64,000 nt of DNA from Bacillota bacterium. GTDB lineage: Bacteria; Bacillota; Clostridia; Lachnospirales; Lachnospiraceae. How positions within the stretch are numbered: position 1 is the first letter of the stretch; every line of letters starts with the position of its first letter. The notes below the pieces were generated by a model. The model was given only the letters and a program-made list of their open reading frames with translations, was not told the origin of the DNA and ran no database searches. The DNA lies in contig JAEZKA010000072.1 in NCBI GenBank assembly GCA_023436225.1, positions 406-64,405 of the forward strand. Reading direction: 5' to 3'. The translations under genes and the position numbers were made by a program. Below are positions 50,298 through 59,512 of this stretch, piece by piece.

Positions 50298-50999
50298 ATG
50301 GAACAAGTCGGTATTTTAGTGGTGGATGATGATAAGGATATAGCAGATTTGGTAGAGATACATTTAGTGAGTGAAGGGTATCTGGTGCTTAAGGCCAACA
50401 GCGCAAGAGAGGGGCTTAAGCTTTTAGAGACGGAAGATGTCAAGCTTGTTATTCTGGATATCATGATGCCTGGAATGGACGGGCTTACAATGTGTAAAAA
50501 GATCCGTGAGACAAGCACAGTACCGATTATTATGCTGAGTGCCCGTTCAGCCGATTTGGATAAGATTATCGGACTGGGAACAGGCGCCGACGACTATGTG
50601 ATAAAGCCCTTCAATCCGTTGGAGCTGACGGCGAGAGTTAAGTCCCAGCTTCGAAGATATACCAAGTTTAATCCGAGTTCTCATGATGAGAAGCAGGATA
50701 AGGAAATTGTGCTGGATCATCTGATTATAAATAAGGAAAATCATAAGGTGAATGCCTATGGCAAGGATGTGAAGCTGACCCCAATCGAGTTTGATATCTT
50801 ATACCTACTGGCAAGTAATGTGGGAAGGGTTTTTTCTACGGATGATATCTTTGAACGAGTTTGGAACGAGAAGATGTACGAAGCAAACAATACAGTGATG
50901 GTCCATATCCGTAGAATTAGAGAGAAAATAGAAATGGATTCAAGAGATGCACAGATAATAAAAACGGTATGGGGAGTTGGTTATAAGATTGAAGAATAG
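50298..50999 (+). CDS. OmpR-family response regulator
   Basis: LVVDDD, LDIMMP, GADDYVIKPF, VHIRRIREK, TVWGVGY. Confidence 0.95.
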   Translation: MEQVGILVVDDDKDIADLVEIHLVSEGYLVLKANSAREGLKLLETEDVKLVILDIMMPGMDGLTMCKKIRETSTVPIIMLSARSADLDKIIGLGTGADDYVIKPFNPLELTARVKSQLRRYTKFNPSSHDEKQDKEIVLDHLIINKENHKVNAYGKDVKLTPIEFDILYLLASNVGRVFSTDDIFERVWNEKMYEANNTVMVHIRRIREKIEMDSRDAQIIKTVWGVGYKIEE

Positions 51000-52065
51000 C
51001 ATTTTCAAAAGCTTTCGATTCGAGATTGTATTGTATAGTATCTTGAGTCTCTTGTATATGCTACTGACCATTGCGTTACTGCATATCGGGATTTATATCA
51101 TATTGGGCAAGAGCTTTCAGGAGCTTTCAGGAGCATCGGCTACGATTATTACCATGTTGACGATAGTAGTAGGAATTATTCTGTTTATTACCTATTTTCT
51201 GCTGCTGACTAAGAAGTTCATTTGCTATATAAAGGAAATGATCGATGGTATTAACCAGATATCCCAAGGAAACTTTAATAATCGTATTGAGATTAACAAC
51301 GAGGATGAGTTTGCATTATTGGCTGTTAAGCTAAATCAGATGGCAGATGATATTAAGGAGATAATGGAGAATGAACGTCGTAGTGAGTATGCTAAGAATG
51401 AATTAATCACTAGCGTAGCCCATGATCTTCGGACACCCTTAACCTCTATTATAGGATATCTGGACCTGGTGTCTTCAAAGGAATTACCCCAGGAAACCCA
51501 GAGAAAATATATTGATATTGCTTATAACAAATCGAAGCGTCTGGAGAAGCTGATTGAAGATCTCTTTACCTATACAAAATTCAACTTTGGTGAGGTTAAA
51601 GCAGATTATACCGAGGTTGATATGGTTAAGCTGATTAATCAGTTGGTAGATGAATTCTATCCTAGCTTCTCTGAATATAACCTCGAATATGAATTCTGTT
51701 CAAAGTACAATTCTGCCATAATCAAAGCGGATGGGAACCTTCTGGCCAGGGCTTTTGCCAATTTGATCAGTAATGCAATCAAATACGGCAGAGAAGGCAA
51801 GAATATTATCATTGAGCTTGTGAAGGAAAAACAGGGAATTGTTATTACGGTAACGAATTTCGGAGATGTGATACCAAAGGAGGATTTGAAGAGAATCTTC
51901 CAACGCTTCTACCGAGTTGAAACCTCGCGATCATCCGAAACAGGTGGCAGCGGACTTGGGCTGGCGATTGCACAGAGTATCATCGAGATGCACAAGGGTA
52001 AAATTTCTGCGAAAAGTGATGAGAATGGAACAGTATTTACGGTAGAATTGAAAAATGAACCCTAA
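50977..52065 (+). CDS. HAMP-domain sensor histidine kinase
   Basis: Two TM segments with a very short loop, HAMP, AHDLRTPL, NAIKY, GSGLGL. Confidence 0.95.
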   Translation: MVIRLKNSIFKSFRFEIVLYSILSLLYMLLTIALLHIGIYIILGKSFQELSGASATIITMLTIVVGIILFITYFLLLTKKFICYIKEMIDGINQISQGNFNNRIEINNEDEFALLAVKLNQMADDIKEIMENERRSEYAKNELITSVAHDLRTPLTSIIGYLDLVSSKELPQETQRKYIDIAYNKSKRLEKLIEDLFTYTKFNFGEVKADYTEVDMVKLINQLVDEFYPSFSEYNLEYEFCSKYNSAIIKADGNLLARAFANLISNAIKYGREGKNIIIELVKEKQGIVITVTNFGDVIPKEDLKRIFQRFYRVETSRSSETGGSGLGLAIAQSIIEMHKGKISAKSDENGTVFTVELKNEP

Positions 52066-52071
52066 CAAATT

Positions 52072-52147
52072 AAGCCATTGATTATTCCGATACAAGTTAG
52101 TACATTCCGAATGTACTAAGAGCGCTTGTTGGATTGATCAATGGCTT
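52072..52147. terminator. Long hairpin between convergent genes
   Basis: AAGCCATTGAT/ATCAATGGCTT outer stem, TTAGTACATT/AATGTACTAA inner stem. Confidence 0.6.
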
Positions 52148-52318
52148 TCATTCGTGACAATAGAAAGTCCGCGAAGCGTACTTTCTATTGTTTGTAATGC
52201 TATGAAAACGGAAGAAGAAAAATATGCTTTCATTATAACACATATTTACAAGAAAGGTAGTATATTAACAAAAATTAAAATATTGTTAATATTTTTGATG
52301 TAAATCACTTCGCTTTGA

Positions 52319-53125
52319 TTATGATAAATGATTGATGGAATCAGCATACATCAATAATTTCCTGGATATTCTTAGCTTCTGAAAAATGGAAGCATAAGTA
52401 ATCTCATTCATTCCTTCTATATAATTCTGTGGATAATTTCTTTTTAACCCTTTATTTCTTAATATTAACACCGCTTTATTATATGCTATGGCAGCCTCAG
52501 CTTCGCTACGGTATCTACCAATCAGATAATCACCGTTAATGTGGATCTTAGCGATATAATATGGAATGCCTTTCTTCATAACTTTTGTTACTCCGTGGTA
52601 CGGATTAACAACTTCAATATTTTGATAGCTGTAGTCATGGTTGTCACCGTTAACAAACAGATAATCCCTACCGGCAACTGCATAGTTTTTGATTCCGTAT
52701 CTGGATAATATATTTATCTGCATGCCATAATCAGATACGAAAAGATGGCCGCCTCGTTTCATGATTTTGTGGTGGGCATAATAAAAGAGATCTTCTGCGT
52801 CAAAACGAAGGCAGGTATTGATATCTAAATAATATAAGAAGTATCTCTTCTTAAGGTAGATCGGATTCTTGAAATAGATAAGATTATCTCGATAGTTAAT
52901 CAGAACCACCCATTTATGGAAGGAAAGCGGGCAACCTTCGGGATACCCCTCAATGTTAGGGGGTGAGTTGTCAGTTAATATCTTCACCGCAAGATGATAT
53001 GCTTTACTTGCATCATCTTCAAGGAAATAGCTCCCTAAGCTTATATGCTTAGCTCGATAAGTTACAGAGGCTCGATAATAGATTTTTCCATTTTTCATGG
53101 AGGACTGATATACGCCTGGCAACAT
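52319..53125 (-). CDS. Protein with two AP2-like DNA-binding domains
   Basis: GV..YRASV..ISLGSY..ASKAY at the N-terminus and YHGV..YIAKI..IGRY..EAAIAYNKA at the C-terminus. Confidence 0.7.
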   Translation of the reverse strand: MLPGVYQSSMKNGKIYYRASVTYRAKHISLGSYFLEDDASKAYHLAVKILTDNSPPNIEGYPEGCPLSFHKWVVLINYRDNLIYFKNPIYLKKRYFLYYLDINTCLRFDAEDLFYYAHHKIMKRGGHLFVSDYGMQINILSRYGIKNYAVAGRDYLFVNGDNHDYSYQNIEVVNPYHGVTKVMKKGIPYYIAKIHINGDYLIGRYRSEAEAAIAYNKAVLILRNKGLKRNYPQNYIEGMNEITYASIFQKLRISRKLLMYADSINHLS

Positions 53126-53458
53126 TAATTCATCACCTCTTTAACAATATATCAGATTAAGATGGGTATATCAACAGGCACAGAGGGATAGTGATAATTA
53201 TTAACAAACTATTACGGTCCATTTGTGTAGAATGACACATTTTATGACCTGAAAACGTACTAAAGCAGTAGAATATGTATAAAGAAGAAGAAAAGCACGT
53301 AAAATATTTAATATATCGTTAATAAAATGTTAAAAATAGTATGTGCAATATAGACAAAATACATATCGAACCACAATGAATTATTGTTCCTAATTTCCTC
53401 GAGTGGAAAAATAAGGAATTCACTTATGGTGGTTTGTCACGAAATTGTGATTGACTTA

Positions 53459-53487
53459 TTGACACTAAAACAACCTTTGCCTATAAT
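53459..53487 (+). promoter_or_regulatory. Sigma-A promoter of the cell wall hydrolase
   Basis: TTGACA-17 bp-TATAAT. Confidence 0.8.
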
Positions 53488-53562
53488 GCTGAATATCATT
53501 ACCAAACATTCCATAAATTGGAAAAATTAGCCATTGAAATATCAAGAAAAGAGGAAAAATTT

Positions 53563-54513
53563 ATGTCAATAATAAATTTGTTTCTTCAAAAGAGAAAATT
53601 GCATGAAAGCCAGCATGGTATCATAATGGTGATTACGGCATATGCATTATCTGTAATGATGCTGATTATGGGATCTGATGTGTTTTATAATATCAATTCC
53701 AAAGCGGCAGGGATAAGCACGAAAGCTGAAGAGACACAAGAGAAGATTAATGAAGAATTGTCTGATCTGCAAGTAGAAGACGTTCCAATTTTGTTAATCC
53801 AATCAAAGATACAAAATCCATTTGGTGTAGCAGAGGTTATGCAGACAGGCCTTGGAAGTACCCGGGCTCTGAATACAGCTCCCACAGAGCTGTCATCCGA
53901 TGTAGGGAAAGAAGCTAATACAATGTGGCTGCTTGGCAACGCCATGAATCAAGAAGAATATAGTGAGTTGCTGGACCAGATACCGGATTTCGCTTCCATT
54001 AGCACAGTAGTATCTGCCTCAGGCAATTCCACTCCCCTGCTGGAGGCTAAGGAAACTTCTCCATCAGAGGATGAGATTCAAAGCATGTCGACAGAGGAAG
54101 CTAGCTCTCCTTATGTAATCGATGTTTCCAAAAAAGAGATTCGTATGCTGGAGCGTATAGTACAGGCGGAGGCTGGCGGTGAAGATATGGTGGGTAAGAT
54201 ATTAATTGTAAATGTAATTCTTAACCGAATCGCCGATGATAGTTTCCCGGATAATGTGGAGGATGTCATATTCCAGAATAAGGACGGAGAATATCAGTTT
54301 TCACCAGTAGATGATAAAAGCTATTGGTCGGTAGACATATCTGATAATACAAAGGAAGCAGTAATCAGAGCACTGGAAGGAGAAGATTATTCGAAAGGTG
54401 CATTATATTTTGTTGCGAGAAAGCGAACCAAGTCCAGCAGTGCGAGATGGTTTGATGATAATCTGGATTGGCTGTTTAAGCACGGTGGACACGAATTTTA
54501 TAAAGAAAAATAA
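53563..54513 (+). CDS. Cell wall hydrolase (Hydrolase_2/SleB-like)
   Basis: N-terminal TM; LERIVQAEAGGE, VILNR, YQFSPV, GALYF, GGHEFY. Confidence 0.9.
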   Translation: MSIINLFLQKRKLHESQHGIIMVITAYALSVMMLIMGSDVFYNINSKAAGISTKAEETQEKINEELSDLQVEDVPILLIQSKIQNPFGVAEVMQTGLGSTRALNTAPTELSSDVGKEANTMWLLGNAMNQEEYSELLDQIPDFASISTVVSASGNSTPLLEAKETSPSEDEIQSMSTEEASSPYVIDVSKKEIRMLERIVQAEAGGEDMVGKILIVNVILNRIADDSFPDNVEDVIFQNKDGEYQFSPVDDKSYWSVDISDNTKEAVIRALEGEDYSKGALYFVARKRTKSSSARWFDDNLDWLFKHGGHEFYKEK

Positions 54514-54754
54514 AGGGATGCGTATTGTATCCAAAGGATTGTCATGTTATAATACTTGAAACTTGTGACGTGTGAAAGTGTGAAGGCGATTCATTCGTGT
54601 TTACGGAGGCTTTCCTATTTCCGACGGCCTGTGCTCATAATGCTTTATCAGGACTTATTATTGGTGATGATATCGATGAAGCTTATTATTAAGTGAAGCT
54701 CAGGAATGATGAGTAGACGTCAAATAAATATAAGTAAAGGGGATTGAAATAATT

Positions 54755-56245
54755 ATGAACCTAATGTATAGGAGCACAAGAGATTCAAGTAACAGAGTAA
54801 CAGCTTCACAGGCTGTTCTGCAGGGCTTATCCCCGGACGGAGGTTTATACGTTCCGGAAACAATACCAGCTCTTAGTAAGTCAATGAAAGAGCTATCTAA
54901 GCTTAGCTATCAAGAGACGGCTTACGAGGTAATGAAATTATTTTTAACAGATTATACGGAGGAGGAACTGAAGGATTGCATTGCTAAGGCATATGATTCG
55001 AAGTTCGACACTCCGGAGATTGCTCCGCTTAAAAGGGTAGGCCAGACATTTTATCTGGAGCTTTTTCATGGAGCAACCATAGCATTTAAGGATATGGCAT
55101 TATCGATTTTGCCTCACTTATTAACGAAATCGGCAAAGAAAAATAATGTTAAAGAGGAGATCGTAATACTTACGGCAACCTCAGGTGATACGGGTAAGGC
55201 AGCCCTAGCCGGCTTCGCGGATGTCAAGGGAACAAGTATCATCGTATTTTACCCCAAGGACGGTGTCAGCAGTGTTCAGGAAAAGCAGATGGTTACCCAA
55301 CAGGGAGCAAATACTCATGTTGTAGGTATCCGTGGTAACTTTGATGATGCACAGACCGGTGTTAAGAAGATGTTTAATGACAAAGACCTGGCAGCGCGTC
55401 TTAAGAAGGCTGGTTACCTGTTCTCCTCAGCCAATTCCATCAATATCGGTCGTTTGGTACCACAGATAGTATACTATGTTTATTCCTATACCTCCTTAAT
55501 AAGGCAGGGTCATATTAGTGATGGTGAGAAGATTAATTTTGTTGTTCCCACCGGTAACTTTGGTAATATCCTTGCTGCATATTATGCAAAGCGTATGGGT
55601 GTTCCGATTGAGAAGCTGATCTGTGCTTCCAATGAGAATAAGGTGCTCTTTGATTTCTTTGAGACAGGTAGATATGATAGGAACAGAGAATTCATATTAA
55701 CCAAATCCCCATCCATGGACATACTGATCTCCAGTAATCTGGAACGTTTGATTTATCATATTGCTGATAATGATTCTAATAAAACAGCAGAGCTGATGAA
55801 GGGACTGAACTCCCAGGGAGTTTATCAGATAACGGATGCCATGAAAGATAATCTTAAGGGCTTCCTTGGAGGCTGGGCCTCTGAGGAAGAGACAAAAGAA
55901 GCGATCGATCAGGTGTATACAAAGGATGGGTATGTAATGGATACTCATACTGCAGTAGCAGCCAGTGTATATCATAATTATCGATCCAAGGCCCAGGATA
56001 CAACAAAATCGGTTATCGTATCTACTGCCAGTCCATATAAATTCGGTAAGAGTGTACTGGAAGCTCTTCATATCTCGCAGATACCGGAGGATGATTATGA
56101 GCAGGCACTTGTGTTGAACAAGCTATCTAAAATAGATATTCCGAACGCGGTGGAGGAGATACGTACAGCCCCTGTATTGCATACGAAAGTGTGTGATACG
56201 GAAAAAATGCAGACAGTTGTCGAGGAAATTTTGAAAATAATCTAA
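54755..56245 (+). CDS. thrC: Threonine synthase
   Basis: YRSTR, LELFHGATIAFKD, ATSGDTG, VPTGNFGN, SPSMDI. Confidence 0.95.
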   Translation: MNLMYRSTRDSSNRVTASQAVLQGLSPDGGLYVPETIPALSKSMKELSKLSYQETAYEVMKLFLTDYTEEELKDCIAKAYDSKFDTPEIAPLKRVGQTFYLELFHGATIAFKDMALSILPHLLTKSAKKNNVKEEIVILTATSGDTGKAALAGFADVKGTSIIVFYPKDGVSSVQEKQMVTQQGANTHVVGIRGNFDDAQTGVKKMFNDKDLAARLKKAGYLFSSANSINIGRLVPQIVYYVYSYTSLIRQGHISDGEKINFVVPTGNFGNILAAYYAKRMGVPIEKLICASNENKVLFDFFETGRYDRNREFILTKSPSMDILISSNLERLIYHIADNDSNKTAELMKGLNSQGVYQITDAMKDNLKGFLGGWASEEETKEAIDQVYTKDGYVMDTHTAVAASVYHNYRSKAQDTTKSVIVSTASPYKFGKSVLEALHISQIPEDDYEQALVLNKLSKIDIPNAVEEIRTAPVLHTKVCDTEKMQTVVEEILKII

Positions 56246-56299
56246 TTATGACAAATGCCTGACATAAATTTGACACATCAGAAGTTCATATTATAACCA

Positions 56300-56438
56300 T
56301 AGTCAGAGCAACAATACAGGAACCGCTAGATCAGCCGAGGCATCAGATGAGGTCACATCCTATTCTACATCTGTTGCAATGAAGAGGATTTCGCGGTGAA
56401 TGCTATGAAGAGGGGGTTCCCTGGAGGCTTTTTGACTA
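56300..56438 (+). ncRNA. Candidate structured small RNA (rod-like, unassigned)
   Basis: Nested stems TAGTCA/TGACTA, CAGGAACC/GGTTCCCTG, GCATCAGATG/CATCTGTTGC; TTGACA..TATAAC just upstream. Confidence 0.4.
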
Positions 56439-56525
56439 AGATATAATCTACCTAACGCGTGAGATTAGAGCGGTTTTAGGGGGATGGTCATTTGGTAAAA
56501 TATCCAAATTACACGGATAAAAGAC

Positions 56526-56554
56526 TTGACCTTTTTTTCCTTTATTGTTATAAT
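56526..56554 (+). promoter_or_regulatory. Strong sigma-A promoter of the surface protein gene
   Basis: TTGACC-17 bp-TATAAT with extended TG; about 130-nt leader. Confidence 0.8.
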
Positions 56555-56685
56555 CATCTTGTTGTTGGAAGATTATATTAAGCGTCACCTTTTCTATGTT
56601 TTACGGGGTTTACAAACTTTGTGAAATTAGTAATGGCGCGCAAAATATAACACCAAACCATATATTTTAAGGAGGAAGTAAGAAT

Positions 56686-59292
56686 ATGAAGAAGAATTTC
56701 TTTAAGAAGTTATCCTTCGTTCTGGCATTAGCGATGATCGTAACAGCTCTCGCTCCTGCTGCAGGCGCTTTCGCTGCTAAGGCACCGAAGCTCAATGCAT
56801 CTACCAAGTATTTATATCTTGACCAAGATGGCAAGAACGAATTTGACTTCAACATTTCAAACAAGAAAACTGGATGGAAGTACGCATGGTCTACATCCAA
56901 CGCAAAGGTAGCTACCGTTAACAAGAAGAACGGTGTTACACTTGCTAAAGGCGCTGGTACAGCTACCATTTCCGTAGTTATCTCCGATAAGGACGGCGAG
57001 GAATTTGATGAGTTATCAGCTAAGGTTGTTGTAAGAGATAACATCAAAGAGTTAACAATCACTAATTTACCCGCAGAGGGTAAGGTTGCTGTTGGTGTTG
57101 CTCATGACTTCAACAGAAGCTATGTAACAGATGCTGGCAAGACAACTGGTTCACAGGCTATCACCAGATGGTCCGTAGGCGAAGGCGCAACAATTGACGA
57201 CAAGGGTGTATTCACAGCTACTAAGGCTGGCGAGTATACAATTACTGCTCGTGCGTTCCAGTCCAAAGCTAAGTACACTAGCTGGTTAACAGATGCAACT
57301 AAGTATGCTGATTATGTAACTGCTGAAGCTACATACAAAGTAACTGTTGCTCCTTCTATGACTGATGTTAATCAGACAACTCTTAAGAAGTTTGATTTAA
57401 CATTTGACTCCGCTATGACTAAGGCTGATGTTGAGAAGAACTTAACAGTATCTTACACTATCGGTGGAACTAAGGTTAAAGAGTTAGTTAAGGGAGTTAC
57501 TCTGAGTGAGGATAGCAAAACAGCTACTGTTGAAATGTATGCTAACTTTACCCAGGGAACAACATATGTTGTTGAATATCCTGAGATGAAAGCTGTTCAA
57601 TTTGTTTCTGCAACTGCTAAGGTAGAGGAAGTTGTGGATATGGCTATCTTAACAAAGACAGCTCAGATTTCTAAGGAGCAGAAGCTTGATATCGCTCTTT
57701 ATAACAAGGATGGCGTTAATATCGCTAATGATGATTTAGTAGCAAGAGTTACACTTGAAAAGGCTGCAGCTAATAACTTATCAACTTTAGTAGGTAGAAG
57801 CGTATACATGTATAAACTTGGTGAAGTGGTTTCACTTAAAGCTACTTTCCACACCTATAACTGGGTAGATGGTAAAGAGGTTGGTAATGTTATAGCAACA
57901 GGCGATATTACTTGTGTTGACATCGTAAAGGATCAGGTAGGTACTATTCATGGTTGGTCTGTTACATCAGGTACACCTACTAATTTTAATACTCCTAAGA
58001 CTCAGGTGTTTAAGAATGTAAGTACACCACTTCGTGTTGTATTAAAGGGTAAGGATGCAAATGGCAATGATATGTATACTGCTAATTACGATGGATATCC
58101 CGCTAACATGACAGCAGGAACAGGTACTTGGAAATATACAACCACTAATAGAAATGTTTTATTAGTTGATAACTCAGGTAATGTTTATGGCGTTGCTGAT
58201 GGCACTGCTTCAGTAGTTGTTTCCTACAATGATGTTCAGGTAGGTGCATGCGAAATTACTGTAGCTGGAGCGGAGAAGCTTGCAATGGCTTCCTTGAGTA
58301 CCAACAGCCTGATTTTAAGTAATGAATTCGCGGATATTACAAATGTCACTTTTGAAGCTAAGAATCAGTTAACTGATGACTATAAAAGAGATGGTAATTA
58401 TTACGCATCTGTATCAGTTTCTGAAAACTTTACTAGAGCAACTACTGGTGTTACTTATCCCAACGTTCAGAGTACAGCTACTGGCTTAAGCGTTAATGCA
58501 GCTGGTGCAACAGCTGGAACATATGGTTATACAGTTAAGATTACAGATAAAGCAGATGGTAATAATTCTATTTCACTTAACTTCAGTGTAACTGTACAGG
58601 ATCCTGGCGATAATACTACAGTGGCATACTACAAGATTGAGACTAATAAGCTTACTTATGAAGTGAAGTCTGGTACTTCGTTTGCTGATGTATCTGCAAC
58701 GTTATCAGTATATGGCTATAACTCAGCTGGTATTAAGGTTTCGAAGCTCGAAAACGGTCTTAAGAACGCTGTATTAGATAATTATAATATTGAAGTTAAG
58801 AACCCGGATGGAGCGACTGTTACTGGTTCAGCTATCGATGGAACAGTTCTTCTTGAATCCTCTAGTACAATCAAATTAGCTGGTTTTAAGTCAATTAGTG
58901 GTGGAGCAAGAAGAATCGCTGCGACCGAAAAGGCAGGTTCTTGGTTAATCACAGCTACTCCTAAAACTTCAAGTACTACCACAACAATAAGTCCGGTTAG
59001 CTTTGAAGTTACAAATTCACAGCCTAAGGCTACTTATACTGTAAAGAAATTTGTATCTGATGACATGACAAGCGTTAGTGCAGCTAATGTTCACCAATTA
59101 ATCAATGAATGTATAACTGTTACTGTTGGAGATAGAACTGTTCGAGCAGAGGCAGAATATATTGGTGCTGACTATGAAATCATTAACGGTAATGTTACAT
59201 TAAGAAAGATCAAATTCTATGAGCAAGTATCTGGTATTGACCATATCGAGCATGAAATTAACTTTGGTGGATTGGTTATTAGTGCTAAATAA
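56686..59292 (+). CDS. Secreted Ig-like-domain surface protein, probable S-layer protein
   Basis: Signal peptide ending AFA, Big_2-like repeats (WSTSNAKVATV..G.VT), T/V/A/K-rich, strongly biased codons, AAGGAGG RBS, own promoter and terminator. Confidence 0.7.
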   Translation: MKKNFFKKLSFVLALAMIVTALAPAAGAFAAKAPKLNASTKYLYLDQDGKNEFDFNISNKKTGWKYAWSTSNAKVATVNKKNGVTLAKGAGTATISVVISDKDGEEFDELSAKVVVRDNIKELTITNLPAEGKVAVGVAHDFNRSYVTDAGKTTGSQAITRWSVGEGATIDDKGVFTATKAGEYTITARAFQSKAKYTSWLTDATKYADYVTAEATYKVTVAPSMTDVNQTTLKKFDLTFDSAMTKADVEKNLTVSYTIGGTKVKELVKGVTLSEDSKTATVEMYANFTQGTTYVVEYPEMKAVQFVSATAKVEEVVDMAILTKTAQISKEQKLDIALYNKDGVNIANDDLVARVTLEKAAANNLSTLVGRSVYMYKLGEVVSLKATFHTYNWVDGKEVGNVIATGDITCVDIVKDQVGTIHGWSVTSGTPTNFNTPKTQVFKNVSTPLRVVLKGKDANGNDMYTANYDGYPANMTAGTGTWKYTTTNRNVLLVDNSGNVYGVADGTASVVVSYNDVQVGACEITVAGAEKLAMASLSTNSLILSNEFADITNVTFEAKNQLTDDYKRDGNYYASVSVSENFTRATTGVTYPNVQSTATGLSVNAAGATAGTYGYTVKITDKADGNNSISLNFSVTVQDPGDNTTVAYYKIETNKLTYEVKSGTSFADVSATLSVYGYNSAGIKVSKLENGLKNAVLDNYNIEVKNPDGATVTGSAIDGTVLLESSSTIKLAGFKSISGGARRIAATEKAGSWLITATPKTSSTTTTISPVSFEVTNSQPKATYTVKKFVSDDMTSVSAANVHQLINECITVTVGDRTVRAEAEYIGADYEIINGNVTLRKIKFYEQVSGIDHIEHEINFGGLVISAK

Positions 59293-59323
59293 TTAAAAAC
59301 AACCTGTTAATGTAGGTTAACAG

Positions 59324-59377
59324 AAAAGGAGCTTTTGTGAAACAGTCCAATAGACTGTGGAGCAAAAGCTCCTTTTT
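59324..59377 (+). terminator. Terminator of the surface protein gene
   Basis: AAAAGGAGCTTTTG..CAAAAGCTCCTTTT. Confidence 0.85.
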
Positions 59378-59512
59378 GGGCCCTGGGTCAAACCTGCTAA
59401 GGAAAGTGGCTCTTTGTCAAACCTGCTAAGGAAAGTCAAGAGTTAAATTTAATTAATTAATTAATTAAATAAAAAAGCATCATTAATAAAGAACGAGTGC
59501 TTCTCCTTCCTT

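Noticed and set aside
474..58982. Numerous 60-160 aa ORFs nested in or antisense to long genes
   Set aside because: Overlap well-supported CDSs and lack RBS or motifs; treated as shadow ORFs
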